Shown in pieces: positions 1 through 7,918 of a DNA stretch of 64,000 nt. The notes under the pieces are model-generated. The model made no database searches. It worked only from the letters and a program-made list of their open reading frames with translations, and was not told where the DNA came from. The DNA is from a bacterium (GTDB taxonomy: Bacteria; UBP4; UBA4092; JAOAEQ01): assembly GCA_026416715.1 (NCBI GenBank), contig JAOAEQ010000003.1, positions 11,698-75,697 on the forward strand, given 5' to 3'. Both the position numbers and the translations under genes were made by a program. The stretch's first letter is position 1. Each line of letters opens with the position of its first letter.

Positions 1-132
1 ATATTCCATCAACGAAGTTCGAATCATCCACAAAAAGGGTAGTAGATAAAGAATACCACCGATGCAAAGTATGGTTATTACGATTATCTTTCCGATACGT
101 TGTTTTGTTTTTTTACTTTCTATGAAAGACAT
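1..132 (-). CDS. Carbohydrate ABC transporter permease (MalG/CUT1 inner-membrane component). N-terminal fragment only; the gene continues past the left edge.
   Basis: My translation of the reverse strand from the ATG at 132: MSFIESKKTKQRIGKIIVITILCIGGILYLLPFLWMIRTSLMEY. A basic N-terminus, first TM helix and the LPFLWM..TSL motif are typical of MalG-type sugar permeases. It lies directly downstream of the fused SBP-permease gene. Confidence 0.6.
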   Translation of the reverse strand, partial: MSFIESKKTKQRIGKIIVITILCIGGILYLLPFLWMIRTSLMEY

Positions 133-194
133 AACGTTTAAGTGTAATCCAAATTCTCCTCCTTCTGTGTTTTATTAAACGTTAACGATAATGA

Positions 195-2468
195 TTACGT
201 TTGTTCATAATGTACCCAATGCTGGGCTACTTTAAAGTTTAGTATCGTTAAGCCGAGTATGATGAGAAAGAGAATCCAAGCCATAGCGCAAGCATTTCCC
301 ATCGCTAAATATCGGAATGCGTTCTGATATAAATAGAGAATATACACGAGCGTACTATTCGCTGGTCCACCAGGTTCAATCACGCCAGCTGTTCCGGTCA
401 TAACATACACGGAGGTGAATACTTGGAAAGAATTAATAATTCCAATGATTAAGTTAAAAAAGATCGTCGGGCTTAACATCGGAATTGTTACATATCGGAA
501 TTTATGCCAAAAATTCGCACCGTCAATTTCTGCTGATTCATACAGATGTTCTGGTATCCCCTGGAGTCCCGCCAGATAGATAATCATCGGACCACCAACG
601 AAACTCCATATTGCCATAATAATGATTGCCGGTAATGCCCAAGTCGGTGAGGTTAACCAGCCTAACGCTGGGATCCCGAACCAACTTAATACATAGTTTA
701 TTAAACCAACATCCGGATTATATAACCATCGCCATAATAGACTGATTGCAACTCCGGAAGTCACCGCTGGTAAATAGTAAATAACCCGAAATATATAAAT
801 CCCGCGAATTTTATTGTTAAGTAACATGGCTAAGAAAAGCGAGAAAACCAATCCAAGTGGAACCGTAAAACTGACGTAGTACACGGTATTAAACAAGGAT
901 TTTTTGAACAACGGGTCTGTAAACAACGTTTTATAGTTTTTCAATCCTACCCAATGGGGACTACTTAAAATATCATATTCCGTAAAACTTAATAGGAACG
1001 AAGCGATAATCGGTCCGACAATGAAAATCAGAAATCCTAATAACCACGGGGCGATAAATAAATACCCTTCCATCCAATGGTATTTTCGTGCGGCGATAAT
1101 TAACACTACTAAAAGAATGACCGCAACCGCAATTCCGTAAGGGAAATAATTCGACCATTTGTTACTCCCGGTTTGGAAAGCGCCGTAATCCGGAACCGGT
1201 CGTTTCGCGAATTCCGATAGAAAGATATTGGTTTTTTCCTGCAGTTCCGCTAATCCAGTATCGATAGGCATAGCGTTCATTCTAATTTTTTCAAAAATCG
1301 GGTTCCAAACTCGAGTTAATAATTCTGTTTTCCATGGTGTATCAGGAATATCAACAATCGAATATGATAATGAATCGATGAACAGTTTGATTGAACGCGG
1401 TGGCGGACATAAAAAATAATTGGTATCCGTTGCCACTTCGATATTCGCAGGAACACAATTCTTTTGAACCCCTAACAATTTTTGTCCTTCTGCGCTCGAA
1501 TAGAACTTAATAAACTCCCAGGTTTCTTTCGGATGTTTACTACCGCGCGTGATACAATGTCCACCTACGGCTAAAACTGAAATACGTCGGGCACCTTTCG
1601 GCATCGGCGCAACATCCCACTCGTCAGGATTCATCGTTTCCGTTAATTTAACCAGTTGCCAGGTTCGACCGATAAACATTCCGAGCCGACCATTTTCAAA
1701 TAACTGCATATCTGAAGTATCAGACAGTTGGGCAACAGTCGGCGCTTCTTTCCCATACATACTCATACCCCAAGCTAATGCTTTTCGTGCTTCCGGTGAA
1801 TTAATCGTACATTTCGTTAAATCCGCATTAAAGAATGTCCCGCCAAATGAAGCAATCAGAATTCGCGAATCCGGAATCAAAGTACCGAATTGGTCAATTT
1901 TACCATCGCCATTCGTATCTTTAGTTAATTTCGTTGCTGCGGCTTTATAATCGTCCCACGTCCAAGTTTCATCCGGATAAGGTATACCCGCTTGGTCAAA
2001 AAGTTTCCGATTATAGAAAATAACGTTGGTCGAAAAATGGATTGGGTACGCATATAACTTTCCATTGAAAGTTAATACATCTCGTACCTGCGGATAGAAA
2101 ATCGACATATCAATCTGGTCTTGTTCAATAAACGGGGTTAAATCTAACACCGCATTTTTTGCAACTAATTGCGCTAAAAATGTTCCGACAAGATACATCA
2201 CATCCGGCGGTGTACCGCTTGCCATTTCAACGAGGAAGATTCGCGAAGCTTCCGCATTCGGTTCTAATTGCACGCGAATGTTCGGATGGAGTTTTTCGAA
2301 TTCAGCGATAATCCGTTTAATTCCAACAATTTGTTGATGAGCCGTTTCGTAGGTTAAATAGCGGATGGTAACCGGTTTGTTTCCTGAAGAATCCTGGCAA
2401 AAACTTTGCGTGGTTATAATAGAAAGAGCGAATAGTAAACAATATGATAGTTTGATAATTTTTCTCAT
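195..2468 (-). CDS. Fusion protein: extracellular sugar-binding protein (family 1 SBP) plus MalF/UgpA-type ABC permease
   Basis: 757-aa ORF. Signal peptide MRKIIKLSYCLLFALSIITTQSF. SBP-like region of about 400 aa (GTPPDVMYL, FYNRKLFDQAGIPYPDETWTWDDY, DTNGDGKIDQFG). Extra hydrophobic segment YFPYGIAVAVILLVVLIIAARKY. Then a six-TM permease with the EAA loop ESAEIDGANFWHKFRYVTIPMLSP. Confidence 0.8.
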   Translation of the reverse strand: MRKIIKLSYCLLFALSIITTQSFCQDSSGNKPVTIRYLTYETAHQQIVGIKRIIAEFEKLHPNIRVQLEPNAEASRIFLVEMASGTPPDVMYLVGTFLAQLVAKNAVLDLTPFIEQDQIDMSIFYPQVRDVLTFNGKLYAYPIHFSTNVIFYNRKLFDQAGIPYPDETWTWDDYKAAATKLTKDTNGDGKIDQFGTLIPDSRILIASFGGTFFNADLTKCTINSPEARKALAWGMSMYGKEAPTVAQLSDTSDMQLFENGRLGMFIGRTWQLVKLTETMNPDEWDVAPMPKGARRISVLAVGGHCITRGSKHPKETWEFIKFYSSAEGQKLLGVQKNCVPANIEVATDTNYFLCPPPRSIKLFIDSLSYSIVDIPDTPWKTELLTRVWNPIFEKIRMNAMPIDTGLAELQEKTNIFLSEFAKRPVPDYGAFQTGSNKWSNYFPYGIAVAVILLVVLIIAARKYHWMEGYLFIAPWLLGFLIFIVGPIIASFLLSFTEYDILSSPHWVGLKNYKTLFTDPLFKKSLFNTVYYVSFTVPLGLVFSLFLAMLLNNKIRGIYIFRVIYYLPAVTSGVAISLLWRWLYNPDVGLINYVLSWFGIPALGWLTSPTWALPAIIIMAIWSFVGGPMIIYLAGLQGIPEHLYESAEIDGANFWHKFRYVTIPMLSPTIFFNLIIGIINSFQVFTSVYVMTGTAGVIEPGGPANSTLVYILYLYQNAFRYLAMGNACAMAWILFLIILGLTILNFKVAQHWVHYEQT

Positions 2469-2508
2469 AGTAATTTATAGTAATATAAAAATTTTAATTG
2501 GATAATGT

Positions 2509-3999
2509 TTATTTACGTATATAATTTTTTTCTGGTTCGATAATCGCTTCAAACTCAATCAATTCAACCGGAACACACTGGATTACTACCGAAGTTGCGC
2601 TCGCTGGACCTGGTGCAGAATCGCGAACGATAATGGTACAAGTTCCAGTATTACAGACATAAAATCGAGCACTACTCTCTCCCCAAAATACCGCAACTGA
2701 CCCGATACTCCAGTTGCTTGTTGTCCAGCGTGTATACGGTTGCCATCCACCACTAGCTTGAAACACGGTACTCGCACCAATCGGTTGTAACGTTATTGTG
2801 CCAGTAGGACTAATGGTTAATGGAGTCGGATTTCCAACAGTATCCCAAGCAGTCCATTGGTATGATTGAATCGGCCAACGAAATGCCGCTACTCCTTGCG
2901 TACCGGAATCAATTGCGTATCTAGTTTCAGCAGCTATCTCCGCTGCTGGCATATATCCGCCGGTATCATACGTAAATTGTAACCCAGCATAAATCGAACA
3001 GGTTCTGACAGCAGTATTCCGTGCATATTTGATAACTCTACCTACCCACGCGGCGGTCTGTTCATAATTTCCGGTGTATGCCATCAGTGCAAGAATTCGT
3101 GCTCCAGCAGTCGAGAGTTTATAATAACTTTGTCCATAAGAATACTCGTTATTACTAGTTTCTGGCATAACAGCTATTGATACTGGGATTGCGGGGTTAT
3201 ATCGTCGAACAGTAGTCACGATTTCTAGACAGAATTTAACTAATGATAACCCGGTATCGTAATTGTAGGCATTTCCAGGATAGCGAAAACAATCTAAATG
3301 GACTCCATTAATATCCGGATGGTCTCGAACTAATGGAATGATACACGAATCCATTAAATACTGGCGGTATCGAGGATCCATCGGGCTTATCCAAGTGCTG
3401 CTAACAGTTGTATAGATACCTAACGTTGCTGCTGATGAATCTGAAAAGCAAATTACCCACGGATGGATTCGAACGTTGGTATTTAACCCTTTAGCAATCT
3501 GTGTCATCCAAACTAATCGAGTCGTATCAAACGTTCCAGATGTTCCTTTAACAAGCAAGAAAACATCGCGTATTTGGTGTGTAGTTGACGTGGTGATGAC
3601 CGTAGTAGCAGCGCTACGATTTGAAATGGAACTACCCCAAATCCAATAACTTTTTATGGGTATAGGTGAAGAGACGACCGTGAGATTATTCGTCGTGCTC
3701 GCTTGAGCTGAATTATCCGTTACAACCACATAACACGTTCCAACATCTACCGTAGCGAGAAATGAGACGGTAGCTCCAGAATATGCACTTAAAATTCCCG
3801 GTGCTCCGGAAACCGTTTTAATCGACCAGGTATATGGCGGGACGCCGCCACTAGCGATAAGCACTCTCGTATCCCCGATTACTATGGTTCCTGAACCGTT
3901 CAAGGTTACCGTCGGTGCAGCTATGCCTAGAGAACTAATTATAAGAAAACTTGATAGTATACTTAACAGATATATCCCCAAAAATATTTTTTTATACAT
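2509..3999 (-). CDS. Secreted GHL10-like (YngK/PF02638-type) TIM-barrel putative glycoside hydrolase flanked by Ig-like domains
   Basis: Signal peptide MYKKIFLGIYLLSILSSFLIISSLGIAAP. N- and C-terminal Ig-like modules (ASGGVPPYTWSI; ASGGWQPYTRWTTSNWSI). Core carries VFLLVKG...IHPWV...GVHLDCFRYPGNAY, which resembles the DGIHLDYIRYP motif of the two GHL10 paralogs at 19685-22152. C-terminal tail VPVELIEFEAIIEPEKNYIRK. Shine-Dalgarno AAGGTGAGG lies upstream. Confidence 0.55.
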   Translation of the reverse strand: MYKKIFLGIYLLSILSSFLIISSLGIAAPTVTLNGSGTIVIGDTRVLIASGGVPPYTWSIKTVSGAPGILSAYSGATVSFLATVDVGTCYVVVTDNSAQASTTNNLTVVSSPIPIKSYWIWGSSISNRSAATTVITTSTTHQIRDVFLLVKGTSGTFDTTRLVWMTQIAKGLNTNVRIHPWVICFSDSSAATLGIYTTVSSTWISPMDPRYRQYLMDSCIIPLVRDHPDINGVHLDCFRYPGNAYNYDTGLSLVKFCLEIVTTVRRYNPAIPVSIAVMPETSNNEYSYGQSYYKLSTAGARILALMAYTGNYEQTAAWVGRVIKYARNTAVRTCSIYAGLQFTYDTGGYMPAAEIAAETRYAIDSGTQGVAAFRWPIQSYQWTAWDTVGNPTPLTISPTGTITLQPIGASTVFQASGGWQPYTRWTTSNWSIGSVAVFWGESSARFYVCNTGTCTIIVRDSAPGPASATSVVIQCVPVELIEFEAIIEPEKNYIRK

Positions 4000-4076
4000 A
4001 CATACCTCACCTTTCTTTCAATACTAACCATGTTTAGGCGAATATCCTTGTAAACATTATAGTCCTAAATCTTCAG

Positions 4077-5663
4077 CTAAAAGTTATCCCATAGTATTCG
4101 ATGGTTTTGCTTATCACGTATCAATCCATCGGTTTCATTAAATAACGGTGCAACCGTTGCCGGTGGAAGAACCGTAATGATTACACTAACGGATTGTGCC
4201 CAATACGTATCTTGTGCAGTTAGGACAACTTGACCAGGATGACAAGCGCTAACTACCACCTGCGGTCCAACCGTAGTGTTCAATGATACAATATCGGTTG
4301 TAGATACCATCCACAGTTGCGTTGGTATCCCGCCGATAAGTTTAAGGGTTGTACTTTGTCCTACAGTAAGCGTTATACTAGTTGCTGAATCAAGGGTCAT
4401 TCGAGTTGGATATACTTTCAACTCATCAAACCAACCGATTTGAGCGCCTGCAACATTGGAATATTGCGAACAAGCAACATATCCCGTAGTAAAACCTGAA
4501 TAGCTTCCTGTGGGGTCAGACAATTTTGTTCCATCGAACCATACTTTCATATATCCATCAAGGATACTTAATCGGAAATGATGCCAACCGGATTTTCCGG
4601 GGTCAGGGAAATCAGTCGGATAGTTCCATTCTTTTAATGTGGTTATTGTTCCTTGGGTGTTTCGCGCTTGTAAACACAACCGTTTTCGTGCTGGAGTAAA
4701 ATCAGCATTTAGCCGAAGATAATGCATCGGTGATGGATGAAAATATGCGAACAGCTGATTATATCGATATGCAGAATCATTTGCATTAGAATTATATCGG
4801 CACCAGACATACGCTTCAACCGTATAATTACTATCGGTAGAACTTCCGGTATAAGCATAGCCGGTGCCATAATTTTCCTGGGTTAATTGTCCGACATACC
4901 CATCGTTTCCTGGTGGTAGACCGCCAACTGTGGTTGCAACCGCTACTACATTCCAGCTCATTTCACCTACGCCACCGAGCCCGCCAATAATCCACGGCAG
5001 CTGAAATTTATCGGAAGCTGAAACTAAATCTTGATATGGAGGATGCGGATACGGTAACTCTTCAATGAGATTATATCTTCTTGGAATATAGTCGGTAAAA
5101 GAACTTATTGGCAGAATACGATGCGTAACTCGACCAGGTGAAACACTGACGGTAGATTCATACACCATCATTTCAGTTGTTCCGTTAGTAAAATAATCAA
5201 AAAGACGGACATGTTCACGAGAACAGTTCAGGATATCGCCACGAACTAAATCAGACCAGCTAATTTGCCGCGATATACTCGGTAAAGTCCAAGTATATAA
5301 TTTCCCAGTAGAAATCCCCCAACATCGAGTAACATAGCCGGAACAGTCTACGCCAGCATGACTTGGTGTATGGGTATTGATTGACCACGGCTGACTATTT
5401 CCTGCAATAACACCATTAGCAAGTTTCCAGAAACAGGTAGATAAAGTGTCCCAACCGCCCATATTATAGGGTGCGCCGGTATACCAATAACCTGCTGTGA
5501 AAGTATTCCACGCTGGATTAGCATTCGCCGATGAACAGAGCCATGTAGCCGTATAATAAGAATAAGCGATACTCATCACACTATCTCGTGATATTGGATA
5601 TCCTGAAACGGAAAATATAAACATTATTATTATGAAAACCAATATTATTTTTTCATTAACCAT
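4077..5663 (-). CDS. Secreted NlpC/P60-like cysteine peptidase/amidase plus concanavalin/LamG-like jelly-roll plus Ig-like domain
   Basis: Signal peptide. YNMGGWDT...HAGVDCSGYVTRCWG (catalytic Cys context DCSG), GDIL....EHVRLFDYF (catalytic His), VYEST. C-terminal half ends GWHHFRLSILDGYMKVWFDGTKL...IGWFDELKV (jelly-roll-like, tentative). Then an Ig-like module and the tail VAPLFNETDG... Paralog of 5696-6982. Confidence 0.6.
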   Translation of the reverse strand: MVNEKIILVFIIIMFIFSVSGYPISRDSVMSIAYSYYTATWLCSSANANPAWNTFTAGYWYTGAPYNMGGWDTLSTCFWKLANGVIAGNSQPWSINTHTPSHAGVDCSGYVTRCWGISTGKLYTWTLPSISRQISWSDLVRGDILNCSREHVRLFDYFTNGTTEMMVYESTVSVSPGRVTHRILPISSFTDYIPRRYNLIEELPYPHPPYQDLVSASDKFQLPWIIGGLGGVGEMSWNVVAVATTVGGLPPGNDGYVGQLTQENYGTGYAYTGSSTDSNYTVEAYVWCRYNSNANDSAYRYNQLFAYFHPSPMHYLRLNADFTPARKRLCLQARNTQGTITTLKEWNYPTDFPDPGKSGWHHFRLSILDGYMKVWFDGTKLSDPTGSYSGFTTGYVACSQYSNVAGAQIGWFDELKVYPTRMTLDSATSITLTVGQSTTLKLIGGIPTQLWMVSTTDIVSLNTTVGPQVVVSACHPGQVVLTAQDTYWAQSVSVIITVLPPATVAPLFNETDGLIRDKQNHRILWDNF

Positions 5664-5695
5664 TTGGCTATTTAACGCTATTCAAATATTAACTA

Positions 5696-6982
5696 CTACT
5701 TTATTTTTATTGTTTCTCTCCTAACCGTCGGTTCTACTTTTAGCTCGCTAAACCAGCCGACGCGTTGTGAACTAGTAGATTTTGCATAGAGCGAACAAGC
5801 GACATATCCTGAAGATAATCCAGGATATTTCCCTTTTGGTTCAGATAATTTCTTACCGTCAATCCAGACTATAAACTTTCCATGTAAGATACTCAATCGA
5901 AACTGATGCCAGCCGGAACATTTCGGGTCAGGAAAATCTTTCGGATACTGCCAGGTTTTAATGGTTTTAACCGTACCTAATGGACCGTACGCTCGTAACC
6001 ATAATCGCTGCCTATCTTTTCCTGGGGAGAAATCTGGATATAACGTTATATACTGCATGGTTAAAGGGTTAAAATAAACTAATATCTGGGGATATTGCTG
6101 GATGTTACTTGTTCTATTATGATTATATTCACACCATACGTTAACTTCTACCGTATAATTTGAATCAGTTGAACTACCAGTATAGGCATAACTCAACCCC
6201 GGATTCTGTTGGGTAAGTTGTCCGATATATTTCTTATCACTTACCATAAAACTATTTTCGGTAGTCGAACTATCGAGCATATTCCAGGTAATTACGCCAA
6301 CTTTACCGACGCCACCGAGTATCCATGGTTGATAAAATGTATCGGAAGAATATACTAAATCATGATACGGCACCTGCGGTAACGGTAGTTCTTCTATCAG
6401 TTCAAATCGGCGTGGAACATATGTTTTATTCCAGCGCACCGGACGATGGACTACCCTCGCTGGTTTAACACCGACAGTAGATTCATAAACCATCATTTGT
6501 TTGGTTCCGTCAGTAAAATAATCAAAGAGACGAACATGTCCGTCATCACCAGTTCGATTTAAAATATCGCCACGGATTAATTCAGTCCATTTTATTTCTC
6601 GTGAAATACTGGGTAATGTCCACGTATACATTTTTCCGGTATCAATCCCCCAGCATCGGGTAATTAACCCGGAACAATCAACTCCAGCATGTTGCGGAGT
6701 ATGCTGATTCAGTTGTTTACTATTCCCCGCAATAACTCCATTCGCTAGTTTCCATAAACAAGTTGAGAGAGTGTCCCATCCACCCATGTTATATGGTACA
6801 CCGGTATACCACATTCCTGCAGTAAACGTATTCCATGCAGAATGAGCATTTGCGGTTGAACATAACCAAGTTGCAGTATAGTAAGCATAAGCTGTTGCCA
6901 TAACACTATCCCGGCTAATAGCTTGTGCTGAAACGATAAGGAGTAAAAGCATAACTATTGTATGGAATATAATTAATTTCAT
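5696..6982 (-). CDS. Secreted NlpC/P60-like cysteine peptidase/amidase plus concanavalin/LamG-like jelly-roll
   Basis: Signal peptide MKLIIFHTIVMLLLLIVSAQA. HAGVDCSGLITRCWG, GDILNRTGDDGHVRLFDYF, VYESTV. C-terminal GWHQFRLSILHGKFIVWIDGKKL...VGWFSELKV. Colinear with 4077-5663 but lacks the terminal Ig module. Confidence 0.6.
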   Translation of the reverse strand: MKLIIFHTIVMLLLLIVSAQAISRDSVMATAYAYYTATWLCSTANAHSAWNTFTAGMWYTGVPYNMGGWDTLSTCLWKLANGVIAGNSKQLNQHTPQHAGVDCSGLITRCWGIDTGKMYTWTLPSISREIKWTELIRGDILNRTGDDGHVRLFDYFTDGTKQMMVYESTVGVKPARVVHRPVRWNKTYVPRRFELIEELPLPQVPYHDLVYSSDTFYQPWILGGVGKVGVITWNMLDSSTTENSFMVSDKKYIGQLTQQNPGLSYAYTGSSTDSNYTVEVNVWCEYNHNRTSNIQQYPQILVYFNPLTMQYITLYPDFSPGKDRQRLWLRAYGPLGTVKTIKTWQYPKDFPDPKCSGWHQFRLSILHGKFIVWIDGKKLSEPKGKYPGLSSGYVACSLYAKSTSSQRVGWFSELKVEPTVRRETIKIK

Positions 6983-6987
6983 TATTG

Positions 6988-7830
6988 TTAGTTATTTGCA
7001 GGTTCATCTATGGCATCAAAATCAAATAATTCAACGGGAATTTGTGTATCAATTGCTTTTCCAGCCCAAGCGGTTAGTCTCGCTACTAACTCAGGTTTCT
7101 GCGGAGATAACTCCGGATGCGGTCCGCAAAGAATAGTTCTTCCAGAACCATAGGTGTCTCCGACAATCGCAATATGTCCTGGATATCCAGTTATATTATC
7201 AGCATAGATAGCAAATACGGTTCCGCCCGGTGTATTCTCTTTCATTGCCGGACCGTTTATATAACGAAGCGTTAAGGTTCCTGAATTATTTAACGTATAT
7301 TGTCCAGCAGAAGTCATACTTACCGTTAACGCCGTTGAATCCGAAGCGGTAGCGATAGCGTTTACATGTGGTGCTAGTCCCCAAGCATAATATCTCACTG
7401 AAGTAGTATTGGGTGCATAATCATAAACAGTTGAGGTACCGCCATACGCTCCAGCACAGGTTCCGTAATATCCTTTTCCGGTTGCAATCCAGTTCTTTAT
7501 ATCGTTAGAATTAATATTGGGATCCAACCGATACCCGCTACCAAAACCATCACCACCGGGCATAACGAGAACATCATAACCGGATAACGTTGAAGCATTA
7601 ATGGTTCCATTGAAACCCCACGTAAACCATACCCCGGGAACTAGGTTATGATAATTAGCTGTGGATAAACAGGCTACAGTACCATTAACACTGTTCGCTG
7701 ATGCATGTATCCCATTATGAATTAAAACGTTTACGGTTACTATTGAAAAAGCTCGACAATAATTGGGATGCATGAACTGTACAATCATACCTCCTAAAAA
7801 GCATATTAACCATAATCTCATTTTTTGCAT
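6988..7830 (-). CDS. Secreted class-I glutamine-amidotransferase-fold hydrolase (Cys-His-Glu triad; peptidase C26 / gamma-glutamyl-hydrolase-like, tentative)
   Basis: Signal peptide MQKMRLWLICFLGGMIVQF... YDVLVMPGGDGFGSGY, then nucleophile elbow GYYGTCAGAYGG, then GPHPEL (the HPE His/Glu signature of GATase1). C-terminal tail IPVELFDFDAIDEPANN. Confidence 0.5.
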   Translation of the reverse strand: MQKMRLWLICFLGGMIVQFMHPNYCRAFSIVTVNVLIHNGIHASANSVNGTVACLSTANYHNLVPGVWFTWGFNGTINASTLSGYDVLVMPGGDGFGSGYRLDPNINSNDIKNWIATGKGYYGTCAGAYGGTSTVYDYAPNTTSVRYYAWGLAPHVNAIATASDSTALTVSMTSAGQYTLNNSGTLTLRYINGPAMKENTPGGTVFAIYADNITGYPGHIAIVGDTYGSGRTILCGPHPELSPQKPELVARLTAWAGKAIDTQIPVELFDFDAIDEPANN

Positions 7831-7918
7831 ATCGTATCTCTTTCCCTAGCGTAGATAGAACGGATTTTTGTTACAATAACAAGATAATCTGCTTAACAAA
7901 AACCTATATAATAAGCGA

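Noticed and set aside
1549-1950. 133-aa plus-strand ORF, plus the other small ORFs within 973-1950
   Set aside because: They lie inside or antisense to the SBP-permease fusion gene and have no motifs.
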